Shown here: one piece after another, positions 50,959-64,000 of the stretch
Layout of the letters: each line of letters starts with the position of its first letter
How positions within the stretch are numbered: position 1 is the stretch's first letter
The notes under the pieces: model-generated
The model's input: the letters and a program-made list of their open reading frames with translations, nothing else
Told to the model about the DNA's origin: nothing
Databases searched by the model: none
Assembly (NCBI GenBank): GCA_043228905.1
Contig: JBHGNT010000010.1
Location: forward strand, 20,522,001-20,586,000
Origin: Azolla caroliniana
Taxonomy: Eukaryota; Plantae; Polypodiophyta
Reading direction: 5' to 3'
Length of the DNA: 64,000 nucleotides
Made by a program: the position numbers and the translations under genes

Positions 50959-53900
50959 CTATTTCTCGATACCCTGCTGTAGATACTGAATCAGATCATA
51001 TCCTGCAGTAGTCCATTTGTTATAAGCATCCTGACACATTTTGATCATGAAATTAGATGCTTCTCTCTCACTCATCTCTGGGTGGAATCTTTTCCTCAGG
51101 TTTCCGATTGGATCTCCTCGGCTGAAGCATGGAAGCCCACTATCTACCATCAACATCACAGTAATGATAATGCTATCCATGTGTTGTCTTGCTGCTAGGT
51201 AACCTTTTACACACAAGCTGCAAAACGATATAGAATTTCATTAACGATCAGGGACAGACAGTGCATTGATTATATCATCTGCATGTGCTAGCTAGCAATA
51301 AAAATCCTTCTCTTTCACAGGGTAGAATCATATCCATGTCACCAACTTTCCTTTGCATATCCTTTAAATGATCAATTTCCCTTTTCCATTCAAAGACAAT
51401 AGAGATATGGTAGCTCAAAAACATTCTGTAAATAAATAAAATGCATACCTAACAAAGTGATCCCATGTCTCACTTTTCATTATTCCTGAAGGATCCAAGA
51501 GTTGAGTCATCTCATGACTGAGCTTAAATTGTGCACTCTCAAACCTCATGTTCCCACCAGGAGATGTTTCCAGAATGAAACCAAAATCAACATGTACAAG
51601 CCTGCCTTCACTGTTTCACACAAATGTTTGTTCTAGCACACATTAGTCTTCCTTTAAAAGAAAGCAATAAGAAACAAAAGATCACTCTTGACGTTATCAT
51701 AAATTCCTAAAATACCCCTCTACTAGAACAAAATTTACTAATACAGGAATATTCTGACAAATTTGAAAACTTAGGTGTACTGCAGAAAAAACCAAAGGGT
51801 ATTTTGGTATTCTGCTGTAGAAGAATTATGATCTTGCTGGTAAGATCTGCATTCACACATACACACAAAAATATACATACTTGTCAAATAGTAAATTTCC
51901 ATTATGTCGATCTTTTGGCTGAAGCAATAAACTTGCCACTGCATAACCTGCACTACTGACTATAAATTTGTCCCTGGCCGTTTCAAACTGTGAAGAACCA
52001 ACAGCACCAAAGTCTTGTTGAAAAATTTCATACAGTCCCCCATCAGTGGTTTCAGCCATTTGATTTCTGCTTCGAGTGTTTGGTACAACCTGCAGTATAT
52101 ACACAATATTTTATCTTACCAATTTCTCTCTAACTATCTAAATATGCAATGCATAAGCATAATATCGGATGGTTGCAATACATTGCATTCCTATCACTTG
52201 CAGAATTTTCCACAGTTGCCAACGGGGGAATAACTATCAAGTAATTGTTTTTACTGTCATTATCAAGAAAGAACATAGATTTAAAACGGCATTTACAGTA
52301 GAAACTAGTCTGTAATTCCTAATTTCATTACAGACAACAAAATGCCAGAAGTAACTTCACCTCAATGATTCCTTTCCCACAACCAGTTGGAAGCACACCG
52401 TAAGGAAATAGATACAAATTTAGGCCCACAGCTTCAAAGATATCTCTCAACAAAGCTATAACCTGCAGGGCTAGAGCATCTTGCCTGCAGTCATCACCAA
52501 CCTGCAATAATGCGAGAATAACAAATACAGGTACACTCTACAGAATAGCACACAGTGAGTGTAAAGACAAACCTTGAACATACATGCTTGCGACATTAAT
52601 GCATTGGGTTCATTCTTGTCTACAACATCAAATGTAACCATTATTGGAACCTTTGAAGCTGATTGAAGAGGTATTCCACTATCCAATTGTATTCCCCTAA
52701 CCAGTTTTGTTGGAGCTGTTGGTAAGTACAAATCCAGACCCTCAACTTTGATTTTCTCAAGCTCTCTGTAGACAATTACAAAGATACCAATTTCTTTCTG
52801 ACCATAAGAAAAATATGAATAATTTTAACCATAGCAAACCTTCTAATTCCTGCCCTACGATTCTCTTTTGGCAGGGGATAAAGTGAGACACAGATATTGG
52901 TGACCTTGTCAAAAAACTGGAACTCTCTCTTAAACAGATCAAAGGCCCCGTTGCTGAAACTTTTGATGATTCGATCCTTTACTTTCATCACTATCTTATG
53001 GAATGCATTTTCTTCCTGTATACATTAAAATAAGATGTGACTTCTTTTTCATAATCAAAACAAGCCGTGACTTTTTCTTTATATATATTCATACCTCTAT
53101 ACAAGCATGTATATAATATACATCTTCCTATGTTCAATGGAAAACTGATTTGAGATAATATGCTATTTAACCTTGACTTTCGATTGATAGATCATAGAAC
53201 TAATAATGTTAATCAGGTGAATCATACTAGCTAAATCTGAAACGTTCTCTTGAGAAAGTTATAATGCAAAAGGCGAGAGATGATCTTAAGAGAGAACACG
53301 CTATACAGAAATGCACATGCTCCATTCAATAACTAATCCATCGTCAAATGCAGATTTCTGTCATATTGGAGTACATACAGAATTTGAGAGTTATGAAAAC
53401 AAATCCGAAACAGAACATTACCTGAAGATGTTCTTTGCTGTGATTATCAATTGATGAAGGCTCTTCACCCTAAACTAATAAAACTTTCAGTATGTAAGCT
53501 TAACTAAACAATTAATCAGAAAATAAGCAAACTAAGTATGAGATTTTTCTTAGCATTGCACACCTGGAGCTGCCATATCAATAAATGAGCAAAGAGAGAA
53601 CTTCTTTGAGCAGACGTTATCAAATAGCATTCAACCAGATCCTGCAATATATAATAACTGCATGAGACTCCAGACCAAAACGGATTACCATCATATTACT
53701 GTTACTAAAAGAGGGCTTACACCAGCATCATATCGAAGAATCTGAACTAATTGAGGCATGAAAAAAGTTACACGCTCAGGAGGGTATGACTCCAGTACAC
53801 GAAGTACATATGCCATGATCCGAGGATGTCCTTTATACATAGGGCTTAAAAACTCAAGTGCCCTGGTTATAGAACATGGAGCCCAATGGGGCAATAGTTG

Positions 53901-56900
53901 TAGGATGGGTGAGTTCTCCTGTGCTGCTTTTGGAGTTATAACATAAGACAGAGCTTCTGGAATATCATACATGTCCTCTAAGTGCACCTGAATATTGAAA
54001 TGAGATGAGGATAACCTTTTCTATATCATTATTTATCAATGATTGATCTCCATGTTGATTGAGCCATAGTTTTATAGTCTCACCTGTACAAGGGACATGA
54101 TTTCAGATCTCAATGACCCTATTCCAGGAAATCTTGATGGCAGAGCAAGTGCGATGCGTGGGTTCACTGACCAAGCTGTTTTCACATACTCTACCCACTG
54201 ATCTGAGTTAATACCACGCAGTTTAGATGGGAAAGTCTCTCTGTAGACATCACACCATCACATTAGCCAGCTTAAAATAAGCTGTCCTATCACATTAATT
54301 CTCAAAAATTATGATTGGCTTGCCTTAAAGGATTTGCCCAGGTATCTAGCCTTTCCACTTCATGATGACAGAGCATAAGCAAAAGCTGCTTTCGTTTCTC
54401 CCTTGCAGATCCGCGACTATCTCCGATACCCCAAACTGGATGTGAATTATCTAGCTGTGATTCACAATAGATAACTTTAGTGTTGATTGCAGAAATCTAA
54501 AATTTACAAAGTGCAATATATTTTCTTTCCACTTGAAACAGCACCCAAGCTTACCTGTGAGCATAAATTAATGATTGACGGACTTTCACCTTCTTGAATA
54601 GATGATTTACTAAATCGATCTCCAACAATCACACCAGCAGGATGATCCGAGCTCAAGTGCTGGGCAAAAATAGTAATTGCTTTCCTTTCCTCCTGTGAAA
54701 ACCCTTCCACATTGCAGTTGTACCATTCTGGTTCACTTGAAAACCATGATAATGCACATCTGCAGCAGAGATCAATTACGTAAGCTGTCTCACTAAATGT
54801 TAGATAAAAAACCTAACCCGAAGCAGTAAACCTATGAAGTTTGGGAGCATATTTCCCAGAGCAGTATTTGGTTTGTGAAGATTTATTACAGGAAAACAAG
54901 GAATTGTTGCCCAATCAACTACTGGTTAATTAAATTTATTGATTTATTATTTAAACCATACTTTTAGCATCACAATGGAATGTGTAAATGACAGTGATAT
55001 TACCTATGAATGCGGTCTTCAAGCAGGGAGATGCTGACAGCAGAAGAAGAACGAGTTTGACTCTGCCATGAACAGAATTTTAAACCAAGGAGCATCAAAG
55101 AGAAAAACGTTCCAGTTGCAGCTGGATGAACTGAGAATTGTTCAGGTCTCCTCAATGATCCTTGAAGCAAACGACCAATCAGGGACAGCTGATCTGTACT
55201 CGTATGTTTAACGACCTATATATGTTTTGAAAAACAATAGTCAGTTCCACCCTTCATTGTATTTCAGAATAAAGTTGATAAGTTAAAAGACAAGAGTCAG
55301 GAATTTCATATAGGTTCACATGCTCATCTAGAAATGCATTTGGATACAGGAATGATAAACAATACTATATTATGTGTGCTACAAGGGGACCATCAACACT
55401 TGAGAGATAAGAGACCTTGCACAAAATAAGATATTTGAATGAAACAGAATATGAAATCCTCGTAATTACATTAAAGAATCCGCACATCAATATTCAATTA
55501 TAAATGTTCAAAATCACATCAGACTATTCACAATGCAATATCTATTAATAGATTCAATAAAGATAATTCTCCATGGAAGCTCACCTCAAATTGATCAAAA
55601 AGGAATCCCAACCATAAACGATGAGCAATGATTCCTTCAACAGGATGCTTGCTCACAGCTACTACAGGTTCTCCATGAGTTAGATGTGGCCTCAGCTTGC
55701 CACGTGGACCAGAGTATGCAGGGCTTGAAGCAAATAATCCACGGCCTGTTTCAATGGTCCATAACCAGGCATCCACAAGTTCTGCTAGAAGAACAGATAT
55801 CAGATGAGGTGCTGCAGATACAAGCCATGTCCAGATAAACACGCCGGTACTCATAGAATCAGGTGAACAAATATACGCTGGACACCAACAGAGAAGGCGA
55901 AGCAACTTTGGAAAACTCTCCATCTGCACATTTTTTGAAAGTTCCTAATCATAATACATGCAACTGTTAGCACTTCAAAATCCAGATTGTTAAAGAAACA
56001 AAATAGAAACTGAGGAGCTGCAAATGATGAGCGTCTGGTTTGAAATAATAGACGTAGAGTATCTTCCTTTGACTAGAAACATATAGTAGACATACTAAGA
56101 TGCAATTATTCAAATATTATCCAGTCATGCAATGAATTATCTATATATCAGAGTGAAATATGTGACATGAGTAAGTAAGACATTACATTTTACATGTTGT
56201 AAGTACTAATTGAAGTACTAATGACAACTGATAGATTTCATATAGTTTCGAAAGAACCATGACCAAATGAATAAATTTACCAGCTCTGACACAATAAAAG
56301 CTGTTGATTGCAGGCATATTTCCCGAAAAACTTCAGCTTCTGTAATTGTTCCTTGATCCACGTCTGAGATGAACTGCTGGAGAAGTTGTAAAAAGTGTGC
56401 AATCAGTCTCTCCTTTAGGATATGTTTCATAGGGATAGCTGTTTCGGATGTTTTTCCAATGATACCATCCATTTTGGATGCCCCAAAGAGCATTCCTGCT
56501 GTGCCATCTTGTAACCCGAAAGTCAAACCACCTATATTAATATGAATGTAGCTGGACTTCACATTCGCACTCACAATGCCATTTGAAAGCACTTCTAAAG
56601 TGCCCATATCCGCCATCCACCCACGAGCCCCTGCAGCAGCTATAGATGCTGCAAAAGTTGCAGGAATCATAATGCTACCTGATCTGTCAGTCTTGTTTGG
56701 GTCCAGTTTAATATCTGATAGCAATGGAAGAAGATCACTTGTATAAGATCCATTAGACCAAGTATTCAAAGCCCGGATCCGTTCCTAAAAAACAATGTCG
56801 AGGATGTCAATGCTGGCATACTTGAATTAAGATAAACTCAGGTATAACATATCTATGTCGTCAAGTGCAATACCTGCAAAAGACCTTGTGTTGTGCACGG

Positions 56901-59900
56901 AGCCAATGAAAGAGACCTCATAATCCAACTTCTAATTTGTTTTTTAATGAGGTTCTGCATAGAAACCATCCTTGCAGAGTCCAAAGAGGGTGAGGAATGT
57001 GTTTGTACCAGATGTAGAAGCGTATCCAAGCAAGATGAATTCCACAGTACCTACATGTAAATACTAAACATATCAAACATGCTATAAAGGAGAAATAATT
57101 ACATGAATGAATTATCTTACCTGTGAATATTTGAGCTTGATCTTGTCCAGAAGCCCACATGCTAAATCGCATACACTTTCATTCCTATGTCTCATCTTAG
57201 ACATGAGAAAGCATGCATGAGTGATAATTACTGTTTGCCTTTGTTCTGCTTCCACTCCAGTGGCATCCTTCTTCTCATCCTTTGCATTCAAGAAAAGTTG
57301 TTGGAGAATCATTCATGAAGTAACAATATCAAGTAGAGATACTTTATAATACAATAAAGTATGGATACTTCGTCACTTACCAGCCAAGACATTGAAGCAT
57401 CAAAGGCTTTATGCACAATAGCTACAAGACATTGACACATAGAGGGTGCCAAATTTGGCTTCTCCAAATATTCAAAAACACAGATAAGTGCACTTTCCAA
57501 TTTCTCAACTTTAGTGCTGCGTTTTAAAACTCCACCGTTGCAATTCAGTCTTAATATTTCCAAAAATGCAACAGCTAGGAAGTAAGTAGCTTCCACACCT
57601 GTTCAAGAATAGTAAGGTAGCTAGTTTTGGTTATGACTGATTGTTTAATGGCTAAAAATTTCTGAAGCAATATTTTAGCTAATCATGCTATACTGTCTTG
57701 CTGATACAGTAAAGAGGAAAAGTTATCTTGCAACATTGAGAATAAAGTGTGATGTAAATCCTTTTTAAGAAATTACGGGAAAGAGAAACCTAAATTTTCA
57801 ATAACAACTCTATTTTCCATTTTTGGAGAAACAAGAAGCGTTTGTATAACGTGCACAAAAGATATGTCAGTATTGACATGCAGACTTATTCAGAAGATAA
57901 TAAGTGGTTTCTCAATCAGTATTATTAGAGGTGCCATTCAGGATAATCCATGAGAACCGGAGGTGAGCGCATGTACCTCGACATGAATCTCTCTCCCATT
58001 GAGCATCTTCACTCTACATTCTAGAATTTATTACAGAACATTACTAGAATTCCCACACTATAACACATGTCTATCTTTGTTTAATAATTTGAGGATGACC
58101 CTATATGACTACATTCCCTTCAGTAATAATGTAGTCTTCCCTTCAGTGATAATGTAGTTCTGTCTAAAACCTACTTTCTTCATTTCGGCATTTGTCCCAT
58201 CAAGACTCATATTAGGCATATTAGCAATTCTCCAAAAATCAAATCATATTAGTATCATATGCAAATCATAGTAGCCATGTTTATCAAATACAGAAAAAAG
58301 AACCTTGAAAAGTAGTATGTTGGTCTGGCCCTGGACAAAGAAAGAAAGGAAAATTCCAAGAATGTATAATGTATATTAGCCTCAAAAGTTACATCTAAAC
58401 TATTAGGCTCCAACCAACACAATATACTTAATATGAATGTTTTGAGGCCCTCAAGAAACGAAGGGAAACAATCCAGGCCTGCACAGACGTATTTAAATTA
58501 CATGCATATTCATAAAATGCATATTCGTGCTCTCTGTCCTTGCCTCAATGCTTCTTTCTATTAAAATTCTGATATTGGTCCTCTCCATATTAGAAATTTG
58601 GTCTTCACATAGTCTCATAATTTCTGAAATTTAGATTTCAGAAATTAATGCCCTCAATTCCTTTATAGCTATATTTCTGGTCTTTCTTCCTCTCCCAATT
58701 GTAGTGACAAGATCCTGACAATATGGCACGACTATCCTCGCCCATAGGTGATTGATTAGATAACTATGTCTTCATATTAGGTTAAAGCTTAATCTAATAT
58801 ATGACCTCAAAAAAGACAAGATATTTGATAGGATTTAATGTGCACAACAGAATTTCTCATCAGAGAAGAGGATGACAAAAGAGCACTTGTAGATTAACTA
58901 TTCATTCATCAGGAAACAGGTTTTAAACAGTAAACAACAAATAGTAAAAGTTACAAAACAGAAGGAATTTACCTGACATCCTGCTAATGCTACTCATCTC
59001 AACATGATCTTTCAAGACTGCGCATAGGGCAGCTCGCTGAGCTGAAGCTGCCTTCTCATTTTTCTTACTGCTTCGACTTCCAGGATTATGAAGTTCATTC
59101 AATTCTTGCTCATCTTCCACCCATTTTAATGAACTTCCTACCTACAAATGAGTAAATTGTAGCAAAAAATATACAAACAGAAAGGACATGTTAATTATGG
59201 TTACTTACAAGGGGAGGTGTTCCTTGAGTAATCTGAATTACAGCAGCAGACCATTTGGTATTCCACAGGCAAGGTCCTGCAACTGCAGTTATATTCCCTT
59301 GGCTTGGAGCGCTTGAAGAAAAATTCTTTGATCTTACTTGCATCTTTGGAATAGGAGGTGCCAAACCAAAGAGGACAATGTAGAACCACAAGTTTCTAAA
59401 GAGTTTCAATAGTGTTGGTTCAACAACACCTAAAATATCTAAGTCTGAACAAATCTCAGCAACTGATGGTAATAGAGGACCCAATAAATGAGCACCACTC
59501 CTGTAAAATAAAAACTCAACAAAATAATTAAAAGATGAAGAAACGAAAAAAGGGGATGAACTGACTATATAATTGCTCTTCCAGTAGTTAACTAAGACAA
59601 CTTGGGGAAATAACGAAACACTGAGGGTAATTCATCATTTTTTCCGAAAATAGCCTTCACAATCAACACGAACTGGTGGGAACAGTGTTACAGGAACAAG
59701 CCAAAGAAATTCAGCCACTCACAAACTACCAGATGTACTACAATAGTAAAGTCTTACTTTCTATTATTTGCCTCTGCATCTAAACCAACCTCAGAACAAA
59801 GCTGCAATAACCTCAGCCGATAATCTGCCCTTAATTTGGGTTCGGAAAGACCCGATGCAATTGTCAAAAATGCATTAGCCAGAGTCTGCAATTACATGAG

Positions 59901-62900
59901 AAATCAGGGAAAGACCCGATGCAACTGTAAGAAATGCATTAGCCAAAGTCTGCAATTACATGAGAAATCAAACCAAAACTTTTATCTACGAAGGATGGTT
60001 AAAAATAGTCACGCAGCTTTATTATTCTACCTCAATTCTTTCTGATGAGGCTTCTGGTGCCAATGTCCTGTTATGTGTAGAGCTGACTGTGGAGAGTTTA
60101 TCAATATAACTTCTTATGAGTACAATAACTGCCTCTCTGTATGATATCTCAAATCCCAAAGTTGCCATACGAGCAACAGAATCTAGAATCTGCAAGCAAT
60201 ACATTCATTATACATAATTTAAGAGTTATAATCTACACTATTCACGTAGACTTTTCATGCCTGTAGCCTGAGATGACTAGGCATAGAAGCATCTCCTGCT
60301 TCTAAGCTCTCAACAAAAAGAGGGCATATCATCTCTGCAATTTCAGGTTTATGCATGAAGAGTACTATGTCGGCAAGAAACTGGCTTGCATTGGAATGTA
60401 TTGTTGCAAAAACATGTTTCCCTTCCTCTTCCTTCAGGCAAGATAAAATAAAACGTTAGGCAATTTGGAAAGGAAGGAATGAGTACATCTATATAATCAT
60501 ACAAAACGTGAAATGTAGCCAGAAAGTTTTTTTGATGAGTTCGGGTATAAACACTTATATCGAAAAGAAAGAAATCTATTCATCAACATTCAGCAACACG
60601 ACAAAGCTGGAGAATAGTACTAAATTATGTATTTGAAAACATGGGTTCAAACATCATTTTCAGGAAATTGCCTTCTCCCTCCTCATTGTGTGTCATGAAT
60701 TTATCATATTAATAACCATCGCATTGCGAACATCATTGTAAAATCAACTAAAAAAGATAATAACTTATTATATCCATTTATCAATCAGACAGTCAGATTT
60801 TCAGAAACAACTTCAAATAATCCCTACATTATATCTTCAATATTTCAGGCACAGAAAACTGGCATTCCCTTGTGGATTTTAAACGGAAAGAAATGTTCAA
60901 AGCATCTAACGGGATGCCCTTCCATCATATGCTAAAAGCGTGCCAATTATAGAGGAAGGTATCTAACGAGACACATTTGGATATGCATATATCCTCTTGA
61001 ATGATGATAGGAAGTTTAAACCTCTGTTATAGTACACTAAAATAGTAAGCAGATGCAATTAAGCTCAGCCTAAATGAAAATAAACTCTTTTAAGTAGTCC
61101 CTAGTTTGACAGTTGATTATTTCAAAGGCCTATACCTCTCGGACATTCGCTGCCAAAGATAAGAGAAAAGACTCAACAGCAGCACGATCCGTATTCCAGA
61201 TGGATTGAATTATGTTACAAGTTGTTTTTACAATACTTTCAAACATTGGACCCTGTTTACTGCTCCACGGATCTGCCTGTAGTATAAATTATATACTTTA
61301 CTTTAAATCAAGGAAAAAATTTATTTCAGTTTCTCTTAGTTCTTTTCAGAGATTTAGAAATACAGTTTAGCTTCAATAACCTGAGCACATGTCGCCAATA
61401 TCAATGATTTCAAGCGAATCAATATTCCTTTCAAATCCTGACTTCCACATAGTGAGATTATATCTAGCAAATTTCCCAACGTACAAGCAAATAAGTCCTC
61501 ACATGATCTCAATCTGCGCCACGGTGAAACTGTACAAGCATCCAAAATATCAATCAGGATGGCCAATGTCTCTCTAAGAGCATGTTTCCCAACACGTCCT
61601 TCAAGTTTCAAACACAAGAAACTTTTAGTATAAACTGAAGAAGCTGCTTTGCCGATTTGAAGCTTTGCATGGATCTTTGGTTTCAAGACACTCTCCTCTG
61701 CAGGCCAATCTCGTTTTCTTAACTGCATTAACACAATCATGTGGGCACACAAGTTATAGTTTTTATTGTATGCATATGAATCAAGGGAAGCCTCCAAAAT
61801 ACCATGAGTATTTCTTTTATTTAACCAAGCAATGATAAGTTTTCATTATTCACCCAAATACCCCAGATCGACCTCAAAAAAGATAATAAAAAAAAGGACA
61901 AATTATCAAATATCGCATATAAGTGCTCAAAAGGAGATTGAGCAGAGTTATTTGGGGATAACAAAAACATAGGGGTATTTCATAGGTTTGCTTTAAACAA
62001 ATTTACTATGAGAGAAGCCACAATAACCAAACCTTGAGAATCGATGGAATAACTTTCAAGTGTTGACCTGCAGATGCCATCAATTGTGGGAAAAGAATAT
62101 GTTTCCCTCTCGTCTGATTCAATCCTACCATATCTAATACATTAACCAAGAGACTGAAACCAATCCTTTGTTTCTCTAGCTTGTGACTATCTTCCACTTG
62201 CAATGCAACAATGTACTGTAATTTTAATGTACCATTATTCAATCCCCGAGATAGCGCCAAGTTACCAAAGCTGCCTTCCCCTGTCATGTTCCCATTGACT
62301 GATACAACTGATGAAAAACTTTGCCCTTCTCCTTCAGTTTTTAATGGAGAGCCGTTATTGAGCTTTTCTGATGGACGTCCATCTTTTAACATGAGATTAT
62401 ATGCCTTTCCTATGGGATCTAGGCTTTCTCTACCAGGACTCTGAAGGTAGTCTTTGGATGGGTTTCTCTCAGAAAAGTCGATATTCTCCTGACAATCCTC
62501 GTCTGATAATTCATGAAGTGGAAGAATCCATTCCCGAACTAGGCAGGAACTAAGTTGATCGACTTTGGAAGCATCCAAAGTTGGACAATTGTTAGACAAT
62601 GTAATCAAATATGCCTTGATTTGTGAAGGCAAGGCTTGATTACTACTAGCACCATAGTTTGTGATGGTTTTCTCAATCACTGTGGAAATCACTGAGCTGA
62701 TTGCCACACTATCTGATTGTCCAGATTTAACAATATTCACTAAATAGGAGTTGAATTCTGCAAAGAACAAACTAGCTGCCTCAAAGGTGAACCATTTTGG
62801 AAATGATTCTTGATTACGACTCAATGGAAGGGACTCGAGAAAATTGAGCAATGTGTCTAATAAATCACTAGTATTCTTGAAATTTTTGCGTTTGGAAAGC

Positions 62901-63067
62901 AGCCCGGCTATGGCCATAATTCCTTGGAGTTGAGAGGTAGTAAATTCCACATGTTGAGGATCATGACTATTGAAAGAGCTTTGCTCCAGCATCCACACTA
63001 TTCTCTCTTTGGTTATGTCTGCATTATCCACAGAAAGAACATCTACGAGCTCGGTGAGAAACTCCAT
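50959..63067 (-). CDS. PI4KA: Phosphatidylinositol 4-kinase alpha (type III-alpha), more than 20 exons
   Basis: Start MEFLTELVD; [20 protein letters not shown]; [11 protein letters not shown]; PIK helical [19 protein letters not shown]; [60 protein letters not shown]. Confidence 0.96.
54241..54323 (-). other. GC-AG intron in PI4K alpha
   Basis: Exon ...TWANPL(R) ends AAG|GCAAGC; acceptor ctacag at 54241; no nearby GT donor. Confidence 0.7.
59846..59972 (-). repeat. 64-bp tandem duplication spanning a PI4K 3' splice site
   Basis: gaaagacccgatgcaa...aatgcattagcca.agtctgcaattacatgagaaatca occurs twice. Confidence 0.92.
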
Positions 63068-63399
63068 TGGAGAAATCTCAACCTCTTTCATCCACCAAGC
63101 AAAGCACATTGTGTCTTTCTTCCCACTTGACTAAACCTATAAACTGAACTACATGAAAAACTATGGGGCACATGGCAACAGAATGAAGCTTTTGTGTTTT
63201 AGATCACCCGATTGAAGATAAAGTGACCACACTGTTGTTAGTATAAAAACAGTTCTTTGGATTAATCATGCAATGTGTCTATTTCGATCGATTCTCACAT
63301 TTGAGCAATCATTCAAACCAAAATTGGCGGTATTAATGAAACTTGAAGGTATGCTGAAGAAGATGGACTACTCCATGCAAAGAATTTCTTTCATGGATT

Positions 63400-63643
63400 A
63401 TTTCCAACCAAAAGGAAGCAAAACAGTATAGAACAAGACCTGAATATCTTCTTAGATAAGATTGAGGTGTGCAAAGGACAGATTAATCTGTGTAAACGTA
63501 TCTCGTTCCAGCAATTTGTCACATTTCCAACCAAAAGGAAGCAAAACAGTATAGAACAAGACGTGAATATCTGCTTCGATGAGATTGAGGTGTGCAAAGG
63601 ACAGATTAATCTGTGTAAACGTATCTCGTTCCAGCAATTTGTG
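63400..63643. repeat. ~123-bp tandem duplication in the PI4K 5' region (likely leader intron)
   Basis: atttccaaccaaaaggaagcaaaacagtatagaacaagac...tctcgttccagcaatttgt occurs twice. Confidence 0.92.
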
Positions 63644-63791
63644 ACGCATGAGGAGTTCGTTTGAGGAAACGGGAATCAGGAAAGGCAACCTCGGCGATCT
63701 GCGGGGGGGAAGAAATGGATGGAGATTATTGATTGACAGATGAAGATGGAATTAGTCTTCTTCCTCGGAGCAAAGAACCCTCTCCTAGCAC

Positions 63792-63793
<2 letters not shown>

Positions 63794-63832
<39 letters not shown>

Positions 63833-63966
63833 AGAAAGTCAAGAAAGCAGACGTCTTGACGAAGCCAAATGAGCCTCCAAAGTCAAGCAAAAGAAACGTA
63901 TTGACTAAGTTTCTAACCACAGTCAAGAGCCAAACAAACGGAGAGAGAGAGAGAGAGAGAGAGAGA
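63794..63966. repeat. Opposed (CT)n and (GA)n tracts near the PI4K promoter
   Basis: CT run at 63794-63831 and GA run at 63940-63966. Confidence 0.85.
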
Positions 63967-64000
63967 ACAATTGTTCATCAACATATGTATTGAAATTTGA

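Noticed and set aside
5794-63067. A functional gene cluster (expansin, FLOE, GGP, PPR, PI4K)
   Set aside because: Unrelated pathways and no shared regulatory signature; ordinary gene neighbourhood

Overview
Gene-dense eukaryotic land-plant nuclear DNA: AT-rich, with spliceosomal introns and many microsatellites. The protein style (a very long PLS-type PPR protein, a GC-rich Ty3/gypsy element) suggests a seed-free plant such as a fern, but this is inference. Six intact genes are readable: an alpha-expansin (+), a FLOE1-like/DUF1421 Q-rich protein (+), GDP-L-galactose phosphorylase GGP/VTC2 (+) with its conserved non-AUG (ACG) ascorbate-feedback uORF, an At5g64230/At3g05675-family protein (-), a 1236-aa PLS-class PPR protein (-) and phosphatidylinositol 4-kinase alpha (-). 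Mobile DNA comprises a young 6.2-kb Ty3/gypsy element (670-bp LTRs, tRNA-Trp PBS, 4-bp TSD, candidate -1 frameshift, internal deletion), a 1.07-kb mini LTR element (tRNA-Ala PBS), two related hAT-type MITEs (one carrying an inverted copy of nearby flanking DNA), tRNA-like heads and a RAV1/DMXL pseudogene fragment. Short tandem duplications recur, and two of them duplicate real splice sites. I found no clearly new multi-gene system. The best candidates for unusual biology are translational and splicing control signals and TE capture events. All coordinates were read by eye and no searches were run.
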